DNA from: a virus
Direction: 5' to 3' (one strand)
Length of the DNA: 64,000 bases
Virus record (IMG/VR): IMGVR_UViG_3300020185_000011
Shown here one piece after another: positions 39,860 to 48,434 of this stretch. The stretch's first letter is position 1. Each line of letters opens with the position of its first letter. Both the position numbers and the translations under genes were made by a program. Under the pieces are notes generated by a model. That model made no database searches and was not told where the DNA came from. It saw only the letters and a list, made by a program, of their open reading frames with translations.

Positions 39860-40108
39860 ATGGACGGAATAGTAATAGTAGCAATACTAGCTGTTGCATT
39901 CGTGTTTTTCGTTGTCAAAGGTAAGAAGAAAAAATCTTCAGTATCTAAGAAGACTACACCATCTAAGCCAAAGGCACCAACGGTTTCAGAGTTAAAAAAA
40001 TTAACTAAGAATCAATTGGTAGAACTTGCAGAAAAGAAAAACCTTAAGGTTAAAAAATCTGGCGCAAAGGCTGCAGTCATCAACGAAATTCGTGAACAAT
40101 TGAAATAA
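39860..40108 (+). CDS. Membrane-anchored basic protein with Rho-N/HeH-like C-terminus
   Basis: N-terminal TM helix; LKKLTKNQLVELAEK...KAAVINEI. Confidence 0.55.
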   Translation: MDGIVIVAILAVAFVFFVVKGKKKKSSVSKKTTPSKPKAPTVSELKKLTKNQLVELAEKKNLKVKKSGAKAAVINEIREQLK

Positions 40109-40127
40109 CTCTTTACGATGTCTTAAG

Positions 40128-40155
40128 AAGAGACTCGAAAGAGTCTCTTTTTTTT
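40128..40155 (+). terminator. Rho-independent terminator
   Basis: AAGAGACTC-GAAA-GAGTCTCTT followed by a T-run. Confidence 0.9.
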
Positions 40156-40189
40156 GGCGTATAAGAAACCTAAAAGAATAAATAATTGC

Positions 40190-40486
40190 ATGAATGATAT
40201 ATTTGTTTTGATAGGTGAAGTGGGAGCCCCGATTGCAGGGAGCCTTGTGATGGGATTTTTTATCTTCATAGTCATCAAACAAATTTTAGAAGGCGTAGTT
40301 GACGACATTAAGACGTTAACAATGTTTTGCAACTCACTGGAGAACCGTGCAAGAACCATGTCAAATGAAATGATTAAGATTGACATGTTAGTTTCCGCTG
40401 CATTGGAACTCCGTCCCGATATAGAACGTGTAGCACGTGCAGAAAATTTTATTGAAGATGGAAAACTAGATGTGAGACGTGACTAA
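40190..40486 (+). CDS. Single-TM coiled-coil protein, first gene of the curli operon
   Basis: TAAATA-N5-ATG; IGEVGAPIA TM segment. Confidence 0.65.
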   Translation: MNDIFVLIGEVGAPIAGSLVMGFFIFIVIKQILEGVVDDIKTLTMFCNSLENRARTMSNEMIKIDMLVSAALELRPDIERVARAENFIEDGKLDVRRD

Positions 40487-40593
40487 TGATAAATGAAATA
40501 GTAATGGTTGAATACAAATTCACTAGGGACTTTGTTCTTATGTGTTCATTAGGTCTCAACGTAGGATTTCTGTTAGGGTTATTGTTCATCTAA
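40486..40593 (+). CDS. 35-aa hydrophobic peptide
   Basis: TAATG coupling at both ends. Confidence 0.45.
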   Translation: MINEIVMVEYKFTRDFVLMCSLGLNVGFLLGLLFI

Positions 40594-40862
40594 TGGAAAG
40601 TATTGTAGCAGTAATAAGTGATTACGGATTTCCAATCGTTATGGCAGTTGGGCTAGGTTACTTCATCTATTACATTTGGTGGTTTGTAGGCGAGAAGCTA
40701 GAACCCGAGATTGAAAAACAACACTTTGCGTTAATCAAAGTCATCGACCAAGTAAGAATGTTAGACCAAGATTTGATTCGTCTCCAACAAAAGGTAGACG
40801 TAGTTCTCGAATATAAAGAGAACGCTAAGAAAGAGGCAGCTAAAAATGAGAATAGTAAGTAG
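40593..40862 (+). CDS. Single-TM coiled-coil protein, paralogue-like to 40190
   Basis: ISDYGFPIV TM segment; TAATG coupling. Confidence 0.65.
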   Translation: MESIVAVISDYGFPIVMAVGLGYFIYYIWWFVGEKLEPEIEKQHFALIKVIDQVRMLDQDLIRLQQKVDVVLEYKENAKKEAAKNENSK

Positions 40863-41304
40863 TATAATTTTAATGATGATGTGTATGTCTGCAAATGCAG
40901 ATGAAATTGTATTTGGATTTAAGAGTCCTAGTTTTAATGGGATAGGACAATCAGCTCATTATCTTACCATTGAAAATCAAGAAAAGTCAAGACGTGACAA
41001 GATAAGACAAGACATTGAAGATGCAATTGCAAAGGCAGATAGAGAAGCACAGAATACAACTCTTGCAAAATTTTTAAGAAATGTTGAGAGCAGAATTTAC
41101 GCTCAACTTGCAAAACAATTAGTAGAGAATATGTTCTCTAACGGTGAGGCTGCAATGTATGGAGTCTTCACTATCGAAGGTAATACGGTTACATATGAAC
41201 AGTTGGTTGGAGAAGATGGTGTGTCATTTATCAGATTGACTATTGTGTCAAGTGATGGAACGACAACAACATTGGATATACCAATAGGCACTGGGAGCTT
41301 TTAA
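40846..41304 (+). CDS. csgF: Curli assembly component CsgF-like
   Basis: Signal peptide, then EIVFGFKSPSFNG (compare CsgF FxFxNPxFGG); directly upstream of csgG. Confidence 0.75.
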   Translation: MRIVSSIILMMMCMSANADEIVFGFKSPSFNGIGQSAHYLTIENQEKSRRDKIRQDIEDAIAKADREAQNTTLAKFLRNVESRIYAQLAKQLVENMFSNGEAAMYGVFTIEGNTVTYEQLVGEDGVSFIRLTIVSSDGTTTTLDIPIGTGSF

Positions 41305-42213
41305 GTGAAGAATTTATGGATGGTGGGACTACTGGTCTTGCTCATCAGCGGGTGTGCTGCTATACCAAGCATGACGGATTCCTGTACATCATTGGTTATG
41401 GAACGAGTAGGTGAATGTGTCGAAATGGCAGAAGTAGTAAATATACCTACGTATCAAGAACTTGCAGACTTACCACCTGCTGACAATATGCCAGTAGTTG
41501 CAGTGTATGGGTTCTTAGATAAGACAGGACAAAGGAAGAGAATGGATAACATCGCATCATTCTCTACTGCAGTCACACAAGGTGCAGAATCATTTTTAAT
41601 TGATGCACTTAAGACTGCTGGAAAAGGTAAATGGTTTAGAGTAGTGGAACGTACAAGTTTAGACGCACTTGTAAGAGAGAGACAAATCATTCGTTCTACT
41701 AGAGAAGACTTTGCAAGACAGGAAGGTAATGAGGATGCTCCAACAGGCATTCAACCTCTCTTGTTTGCTGGTATCCTACTTGACGGTGGGATAATTGGTT
41801 ATGATACAAACATTGAAAGTGGTGGACGAGGCGCAAGATACTTAGGTATTGGTTCAAGTGTTTCCTATCGTAGAGATGTTGTCACAGTATCGTTGAGGGG
41901 AATATCAACTTTAACTGGTGAAATTTTACTCAATGTACAGACTACAAAGACGATTTTAAGTACAGGTGGTGGTTATGATGTATTCCGCTTCGTGGATATG
42001 GATACGAAGTTAGTGGAAATGGAAGACGGTATAGCAGCGAATGAAGGAGTTACGAAAGCAACTCGTTCTGCAATTGAGCTTGCTGTCTTAGAACTAATAT
42101 ACCAAGGACACGATAGAGGTTTTTGGGTAATTAAAGATGGACATCGTCATCCTCATGGAACACATGGGAGAAACGAATTACATCAAATAGAGGATAAACA
42201 AAATGAAGAATAA
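41305..42213 (+). CDS. csgG: Curli secretion channel lipoprotein CsgG
   Basis: Lipobox LISGC, VAVYGFLDKTGQRK, STAVTQG, WFRVVER, ERQIIR, GGIIGYDTN, GARYLGIG. Confidence 0.9.
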   Translation: MKNLWMVGLLVLLISGCAAIPSMTDSCTSLVMERVGECVEMAEVVNIPTYQELADLPPADNMPVVAVYGFLDKTGQRKRMDNIASFSTAVTQGAESFLIDALKTAGKGKWFRVVERTSLDALVRERQIIRSTREDFARQEGNEDAPTGIQPLLFAGILLDGGIIGYDTNIESGGRGARYLGIGSSVSYRRDVVTVSLRGISTLTGEILLNVQTTKTILSTGGGYDVFRFVDMDTKLVEMEDGIAANEGVTKATRSAIELAVLELIYQGHDRGFWVIKDGHRHPHGTHGRNELHQIEDKQNEE

Positions 42214-42934
42214 ATTATTCATTACATTATGTTTAACATTAGGGTTTTCTACTACAGCATTTGCTGGAGCAGACGACAATGAAATATGGTTGAATCAAAG
42301 CGGTACTGGTTTAGTATTAGATTTTACACAGAAAGGTTATGGAAACAAAGTTGGTCTAGATGATTTCTCGGGAACATCTGCTGATATGGTTTTAACTGGT
42401 GCATCTAATACGTTTACACTTGTCCAATTTGGAGACAATAACAAACTATACGGGCCTATGATTGCTGACTCAGCAACTATAAACCTTACCTTCACTGGTG
42501 ATTCAAATGTCATGGACTGGAACGTAGGATATGTTGGTAGTGCAGATAACTTAAATATGTTAGGAACTGTTACAGGTGATTCAAACACATTCGATATTGA
42601 TGTCGGATATGATGCATCTGCAGAATATCTTAACTGGGATTTAGCACTTACTGGTGACTCAAACGTATTCACTACTAAGATAGATAGTGACAATGCTGTT
42701 TGGAATTGGACTGTTACAGGTTCATCGAATGACATTAACACCAATCAATCAGATGCAACCGATAATAAAATCACAGCAATCTTAACTGGTTCAAGTAATG
42801 ATATAGACATCATTCAGAAATCGGGTTCAGATGCTGGTTGTCCAACTGGTCAATCATGTAGTGGTATTATCGATGTAACTTTCGTGACTTCTAATGCAGA
42901 TATTGACATCGTTCAGCAAGACTCTAACGATTAA
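42203..42934 (+). CDS. Secreted curlin-like beta-solenoid protein
   Basis: Signal peptide; repeated (Q/T)GxxN hairpin motifs (TGDSN x3, TGSSN x2); C-terminal Cys pair. Confidence 0.7.
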   Translation: MKNKLFITLCLTLGFSTTAFAGADDNEIWLNQSGTGLVLDFTQKGYGNKVGLDDFSGTSADMVLTGASNTFTLVQFGDNNKLYGPMIADSATINLTFTGDSNVMDWNVGYVGSADNLNMLGTVTGDSNTFDIDVGYDASAEYLNWDLALTGDSNVFTTKIDSDNAVWNWTVTGSSNDINTNQSDATDNKITAILTGSSNDIDIIQKSGSDAGCPTGQSCSGIIDVTFVTSNADIDIVQQDSND

Positions 42935-44021
42935 TCTTTTACTTATTGGTTCACTTCAAGGTGAACCAATAGGTGAGATTACAGAACAAACAGGATACGC
43001 TGGGTTGCAGAGGGACGGTGAGAACACCGTCATCTCAGCGTCATATCTACCCGAAGTGCTAATGTATGATACAGCACAAACACAAAATGGGAGAATGAAA
43101 ATTCAGTTCCTTGGAGACGAGGAATTGGATTTAACAGAACACTCCAAGGTTTGGATAGACGAGGTTTACTATGACCCCGACCCATCCAAGTCCAAGATGG
43201 CCATAAGAATGGCACAAGGCACCGCTCGATTTGCTTCGGGTTTTGGTGGTAAAATAAACAAAGCGAACATAAATATAACTACACCTACTGCACAGATAAC
43301 AGTTAGAGGCACAGATTTCACAACTAGTATTGATGAAATCGGAAGGTCATTGATAATTCTGCTCCCCGATAAATGGGGTGGGCCCTCGGGAGAAATTGTA
43401 GTAAGTAATGCTGGTGGTTCGGTGACTATGAATGAAGCATATCAGACAACGATGGTTTCGACTTATGATGATTCACCTACAAAACCAGTTGTAGTAAATG
43501 GGATTACACCCAGTCTAATTGACAACTACTTCATTGTGTCCCCACCCGAAGAGGTGCAAGACCAAGTTGCAGAAGAAAGTAGTTCAGAGAATGATAGTAG
43601 TAACATTCTTGATGTAGACTTCCTAGAGTTTAACGACTTAGAGGAAGATTACTTCGAAGATGATGAACTAGAATATACAGAACTCGATAGAGACTTATTA
43701 GATATCGATTTCTTGCAAGATTTACTAGACGTTGTCTTAGAGATTGACCGTAAGGTTGGTATCGATAGAGAACGTGCAGCTTTTGGGTCGGTTCGAATAG
43801 AAGGAACGACCTCGGGGTTTGACAAAGACACTCAATACAATACAATTGTAGATAAGGGTCTTGGTCAAATATGGTTCTACAGGGAAGTGAATGGAATTAT
43901 TTCAATCAAGATTCCCATGTTTGCACAAGCAAGTATTAGAACCGTAACAGACGAAAAAGAGTCATCAATAAGGGTGGGTGATGGTTCGTCTTTAAATATT
44001 ACCATCACGCAAACAAACTAG
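42894..44021 (+). CDS. FecR-domain periplasmic protein
   Basis: DTAQTQNGRMKIQF, LTEHSKVWID, TPTAQITVRGTDF. Confidence 0.8.
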   Translation: MQILTSFSKTLTINLLLIGSLQGEPIGEITEQTGYAGLQRDGENTVISASYLPEVLMYDTAQTQNGRMKIQFLGDEELDLTEHSKVWIDEVYYDPDPSKSKMAIRMAQGTARFASGFGGKINKANINITTPTAQITVRGTDFTTSIDEIGRSLIILLPDKWGGPSGEIVVSNAGGSVTMNEAYQTTMVSTYDDSPTKPVVVNGITPSLIDNYFIVSPPEEVQDQVAEESSSENDSSNILDVDFLEFNDLEEDYFEDDELEYTELDRDLLDIDFLQDLLDVVLEIDRKVGIDRERAAFGSVRIEGTTSGFDKDTQYNTIVDKGLGQIWFYREVNGIISIKIPMFAQASIRTVTDEKESSIRVGDGSSLNITITQTN

Positions 44022-44029
44022 GAGAATCT

Positions 44030-44176
44030 ATGAACCTATTAGAAAAATTCCGAGACTGGCATGAAACTCAATTATTTGGATTTCAGAAGGCTCTGCAATT
44101 GGATGACTACCACATGTTGTGGATAGCATTTGCAGAGGGAGTTATCTTATGTTTATTATTTCAATGGTTATTCTAA
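44030..44176 (+). CDS. 48-aa membrane peptide, absent from the ORF track
   Basis: AGGAG SD; C-terminal hydrophobic helix. Confidence 0.55.
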   Translation: MNLLEKFRDWHETQLFGFQKALQLDDYHMLWIAFAEGVILCLLFQWLF

Positions 44177-44195
44177 TAAGAGAATTTGAAGAATT

Positions 44196-44834
44196 ATGAA
44201 AAAATTTTTATTATTAACTTTATTGATAAGCTTGCCGACATGGGCAGACGAAAATCATGTCCATGTTGAGCAGGTTGCAAGTGGAGATGTAGACCTTAAC
44301 ATAACACAAAAAGGTTATGATAATGAAATTAAGTTTACATTTGCACATAGTGGAAACACATTCAATCTATTGCAAACAGGAAATGGAAACTCTATTTCTT
44401 GGGTCTCTTACTGGGGGCCAGGAAAGTCTTGGGGTGGTGATGTAGACGGGACTAACAATACTGAAAACGTAGAACAAAGTGGTGGTGCAACATATGGTAG
44501 ACACATATGGGGAAACAGTAACACAGTAGATGTATACCAAAGTGGAACACATACACATAACATAGACGTTCACTCAAATTCAGTAGACCACGAAATACAT
44601 CAGTCGGGTAGTGGTTCACACTATGCACACACTTATTTCTATGGAAGTGCAACAGGTTCAGATAGTAGTATTATGCAGAAAGGCTCAGGAAGTCACAATG
44701 CACAAATTACATTACAAGGAAGTTATCCAACAACACTAAATCTTTTACAAGAAGGTTCAACAAACAAATCATATACACTAACACAAAATTGTCAAACAAC
44801 TACTGGTTGTTCAGTATCGGTGACACAGGAATGA
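44196..44834 (+). CDS. Second secreted curlin-like protein, His-rich
   Basis: Signal peptide; QxGxxN/H repeats; C-terminal CxxxxGC. Confidence 0.75.
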   Translation: MKKFLLLTLLISLPTWADENHVHVEQVASGDVDLNITQKGYDNEIKFTFAHSGNTFNLLQTGNGNSISWVSYWGPGKSWGGDVDGTNNTENVEQSGGATYGRHIWGNSNTVDVYQSGTHTHNIDVHSNSVDHEIHQSGSGSHYAHTYFYGSATGSDSSIMQKGSGSHNAQITLQGSYPTTLNLLQEGSTNKSYTLTQNCQTTTGCSVSVTQE

Positions 44835-45100
44835 ACTCAGAATGCCCACCCGAGTTTTACGAGTGTTATACTGAAGAACAGTTTAATGAGATATTAGACC
44901 TCTTTGAAGAGAATGAAATTGTAATGCCTGAAACACTTGAACCTTTGGGTGACGTTGAGGCAGCTATAAACTTTGGTTGGGAAGTTCTTTTTTTATCACC
45001 ATGGGAACTTGCGTACATAGCATTGCCTATGTCTGTACTTGCATTCTATGGACTATCTATCTATACAGTCTTTAAATGGGTACAGAAGAAATTCTCATAA
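44831..45100 (+). CDS. Small membrane protein
   Basis: ATGA overlap; acidic N-terminus with Cys pair, C-terminal TM helix. Confidence 0.55.
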   Translation: MNSECPPEFYECYTEEQFNEILDLFEENEIVMPETLEPLGDVEAAINFGWEVLFLSPWELAYIALPMSVLAFYGLSIYTVFKWVQKKFS

Positions 45101-45101
45101 A

Positions 45102-46943
45102 ATGTTTTCATGGAAATCAGTATTAATAACAATCGTAGCAATCTTTGCTCTAAAGATATGGAATCCTTATTTTGTTGAAAACATCTCATGGTCGTGGTTT
45201 GATTACCTTCACCAACAACAACCTGTAGTTTATGTTGACGATATTATACTTGTTGATATTGATGAGAAGAGTCTTGAGACTTTTGGACAGTATCCTATTC
45301 GCCGTGGTATTTACCGTGACATTCTTCTTAACACTCATTACTCTAACACTCACTTGTTCTCTACTCTTTTTTCGGAAAGTGATAGAGACCCTTCACAAGA
45401 CAATCTATTTGCTGAGGGGTTAGTCAATAGACTTACAATCCTTGGAGCTGCTCCAACATCACAAACTCAAAAAGGTTCTGCACCATTCGTAGGTAACTCT
45501 ACCTTTGGGGGTGGAAATGCAAAAGATTGGTTGTGGAATTTTACTGGAATTGTGTCGCCCATCGCGATGCTGATGGGGAATACTTATGGAGTCGGAGTTG
45601 TGACGGCTACTCCAGCTGTCACTGGAACACCTAATTTCGATGGAACTACGCGGTCTGTACCCCTTATGGTTACGGCAAATGGACAAGTATATCCATCTCT
45701 AGTTTTAGAGACATTACGTGCCTTACGTGACCAGCCTTCTTATCAAACTAAGATTACACCCGAAGCTGGAGTTGAATGGGTTAGAATGGGGAGAGACAAA
45801 CCTATTACAACAACTCCAACTTCAGACGTAATGGTTTCCTATTGGAATAAATTCCATAGAATATCTGCAGTTGACCTATCCGAATCTAATTTTGAGAATA
45901 AGATTCTTGTATGGGGTCTGACAGCTGAGGGTTTGAATAATCCAGTTTCAACCCCAAGGGGAGTAATGTATCCCCACGAAGTGCAAGCAAACCTGCTCCA
46001 AACCGTTTTGACAGGAGTTCAAATACAACAATCCTACTATCTTGAATCCTTAGAATCCGTTCTTCTTCTGTTAGTCCTAATAACGATATTGGGTTTGGTC
46101 TACAAAGCTCCCACACTTCTCTCGGGGGTAGGGAGTCTATTGCTTGTAGGATGCCAGATTGGCGGGAGTTATTATATTTGGACTTCAGAGCTCGTTCTTT
46201 TCGATACCTTTTTCTCATCGATTGCCTCCTTAGTGGTATTTGGTCATGCTTCTTTCAACAAATACTACATCACATATCAAGAAAAACAACAAATTAAGAA
46301 GCAGTTCCAAAAGTATTTATCACCCGACATGATTGAAGAGCTCCAAAAAGACCCATCAAAATTGAAGCTTGGTGGAGATAGAAAGGAACTTACCTTCATG
46401 TTTATGGACATCTGTGGGTTCACACCCATAAGCGAACACTACATGAAACAGGACGACCCCGAAGGATTGGTAGAACTAATTAACAAGTTCTTAGATATGC
46501 AGACTAAGATAATCCTAAATAATAATGGAACTATCGACAAGTATATGGGCGACTGTATTATGAGTTTTTGGAATGCACCTTTAGATTGTCCCGACCACGC
46601 CGAGATGGCAGTCAAGTCTGCAGAAGAAATACTAATAGCAACCAAGGAACTCAATGAAGAACTCAAACCACTCGGTCTTCCACCCATTAACGTGGGTATT
46701 GGGATTAATACTGGTGAGTGCATCGTTGGAAATATGGGGTCAGAACTTAGATTTGACTATTCCGTCATTGGAGATGCAGTCAACCTCGGTGCTAGACTTG
46801 AGGGACAAACAAGAAATTATGATGGGGTGGACGTGTTGTTGGGACAAGAAACTTATCTCCAATGTCCAAACAGAACATTCACAAAAGTTGATTCAATTAC
46901 AGTTAAAGGAAAATCAGAACCAGTCGTGGTTTACACTATCTGA
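45102..46943 (+). CDS. CHASE2-domain class III adenylate/guanylate cyclase
   Basis: IILVDIDEKSL (CHASE2), three TM helices, FMDICGFT, IDKYMGDCIM, GNMGS..RFDYSVIGDAVNLGARLE. Confidence 0.9.
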   Translation: MFSWKSVLITIVAIFALKIWNPYFVENISWSWFDYLHQQQPVVYVDDIILVDIDEKSLETFGQYPIRRGIYRDILLNTHYSNTHLFSTLFSESDRDPSQDNLFAEGLVNRLTILGAAPTSQTQKGSAPFVGNSTFGGGNAKDWLWNFTGIVSPIAMLMGNTYGVGVVTATPAVTGTPNFDGTTRSVPLMVTANGQVYPSLVLETLRALRDQPSYQTKITPEAGVEWVRMGRDKPITTTPTSDVMVSYWNKFHRISAVDLSESNFENKILVWGLTAEGLNNPVSTPRGVMYPHEVQANLLQTVLTGVQIQQSYYLESLESVLLLLVLITILGLVYKAPTLLSGVGSLLLVGCQIGGSYYIWTSELVLFDTFFSSIASLVVFGHASFNKYYITYQEKQQIKKQFQKYLSPDMIEELQKDPSKLKLGGDRKELTFMFMDICGFTPISEHYMKQDDPEGLVELINKFLDMQTKIILNNNGTIDKYMGDCIMSFWNAPLDCPDHAEMAVKSAEEILIATKELNEELKPLGLPPINVGIGINTGECIVGNMGSELRFDYSVIGDAVNLGARLEGQTRNYDGVDVLLGQETYLQCPNRTFTKVDSITVKGKSEPVVVYTI

Positions 46944-47247
46944 ACAACCTAGTAATCTTCAGTGGGCTGCATTCATATCACTTCAATTTGCAGATATCTA
47001 TACCACATATCGTGGTCTCAAATACAGTTGTGTCAAAGAACTAAATCCTTTTCTTGGTGAATCACCTTCAGTTCCACAAATGTTTGCATTTAAGATTGCA
47101 GTTCTCATTCCTGCTATAAACTCAGATATTAAAAATGAGAGGGTAACACCATACGTTATGAATCAGATGAACTTCTTAATGTCTATGGTGATTGCAAGTA
47201 ATCTTGATATATTGAAAGATGCAAAAGAAAGATGCAGAAAATTCTAA
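46654..47247 (+). CDS. Membrane protein overlapping the cyclase 3' end (start uncertain)
   Basis: Non-overlapping part has TM segments and ADIYTT..G..ELNPFL; nearest ATGs lie inside the cyclase gene. Confidence 0.5.
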   Translation: MKNSNHSVFHPLTWVLGLILVSASLEIWGQNLDLTIPSLEMQSTSVLDLRDKQEIMMGWTCCWDKKLISNVQTEHSQKLIQLQLKENQNQSWFTLSEQPSNLQWAAFISLQFADIYTTYRGLKYSCVKELNPFLGESPSVPQMFAFKIAVLIPAINSDIKNERVTPYVMNQMNFLMSMVIASNLDILKDAKERCRKF

Positions 47248-47253
47248 AAACCC

Positions 47254-47356
47254 CTTGAAATTTTAGAAAAAACCCATATAATAGTAGTATGGTGTTATAA
47301 ATACCATTGTAATGCTCATTAGAGGTTACACATTATAACTTGCTTAATATAAGGAG
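47254..47356 (+). promoter_or_regulatory. hsp20 control region: sigma32-like promoter, late promoter, ROSE-like hairpin
   Basis: CTTGAAA-N12-CCCATAT; TATAAATA at 47296; CTTGCTT-aatat-AAGGAG. Confidence 0.55.
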
Positions 47357-47362
47357 AAAACT

Positions 47363-47791
47363 ATGACACATTTCAATGATGTCTTCGGAAAATTCACAAC
47401 AGAATTTCCATTCGCAATCGGGTTCGACAGAACTCTTCAACTATTAGAACGTGCAGATGTACAATCTAATTCTAACTATCCACCTTACAATATTGTAAAA
47501 GTAGATGAGGAAAACTTCCAAATTGAACTTGCAGTTGCTGGATTCAATAAGAAAGAAATTTCAATCTCAAAAGAGAAAGAAGTTCTTATCGTTATGGGTA
47601 ATCAGAAAGACCAAGGAAATGCAAGGGAGTTCGTCCATCAAGGACTTTCTTCTAGAAATTTCACTAGAAAGTTTACACTAGCAGACGACATTGTCGTTAA
47701 AGGTGCAGACATGAAGGATGGTATTCTAAGCGTATCACTTGAGAGAGTAATACCCGAAGAAGATAAACCTCAAGAAATCAAAATTTCATAA
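47363..47791 (+). CDS. hsp20: Small heat shock protein (IbpA-like)
   Basis: YPPYNI, IELAVAGF, HQGLSSRNFTRKFTL, DGIL. Confidence 0.95.
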   Translation: MTHFNDVFGKFTTEFPFAIGFDRTLQLLERADVQSNSNYPPYNIVKVDEENFQIELAVAGFNKKEISISKEKEVLIVMGNQKDQGNAREFVHQGLSSRNFTRKFTLADDIVVKGADMKDGILSVSLERVIPEEDKPQEIKIS

Positions 47792-47862
47792 GAAAGCCTA
47801 TATACAGATACACCTGTTTGTAATATAATAGGTGTATCTATTAAAATGGAGTATAGATTATT

Positions 47863-48390
47863 ATGACAGAAGAAGTAACAATGGGGTTAGAAATTATTGA
47901 AGGGGAAACTAGAGTACCCGAAGTAATCCTACCACAGAGAGTCGGTGGTGAATTTGTAACACTAGACACCCAACAACAGTTTGCTGGTAAAAGAGTGATT
48001 GTATTTGGATTGCCTGGCGCATTTACACCAACATGTTCAACTCAACAACTGCCTGGCTTTGATGAGAACTTTGAGAAGTTCCAAGAGAAAGGTATTGATG
48101 AGATTTACTGTGTATCAGTTAACGATACATTCGTAATGAACTCATGGTTCGAATCATTAGGTATCAAAAATGTTTACCCTCTTCCCGATGGTAACGGTGA
48201 GTTCACTCACTTAATTGGTGCAGAATGTTCTAAATCAAATCTTGGTTTCGGATACAGGTCTTGGAGATATGCAGCTGTAGTTAACGATGGAGTAATTGAA
48301 AAAATCTTTATCGAAGACGGTTACACTGATAATGCTGAGTCCGACCCTTACGAGGTTTCAACACCCGAAAATGTATTAGAAAATCTTTAA
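47863..48390 (+). CDS. Peroxiredoxin (Prx5 type)
   Basis: LPGAFTPTCS, SVNDTFVM, GYRSWRYA. Confidence 0.9.
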   Translation: MTEEVTMGLEIIEGETRVPEVILPQRVGGEFVTLDTQQQFAGKRVIVFGLPGAFTPTCSTQQLPGFDENFEKFQEKGIDEIYCVSVNDTFVMNSWFESLGIKNVYPLPDGNGEFTHLIGAECSKSNLGFGYRSWRYAAVVNDGVIEKIFIEDGYTDNAESDPYEVSTPENVLENL

Positions 48391-48434
48391 GAAACACCTT
48401 GACAGCGTTGTGCTAAATATAGTATAATGGAGTC

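Noticed and set aside
47806-47839. 10-bp inverted repeat AGATACACCT/AGGTGTATCT around a TATAAT
   Set aside because: It could be the hsp20 terminator or an operator, but it is a single instance without a U-tract, so it cannot be assigned.
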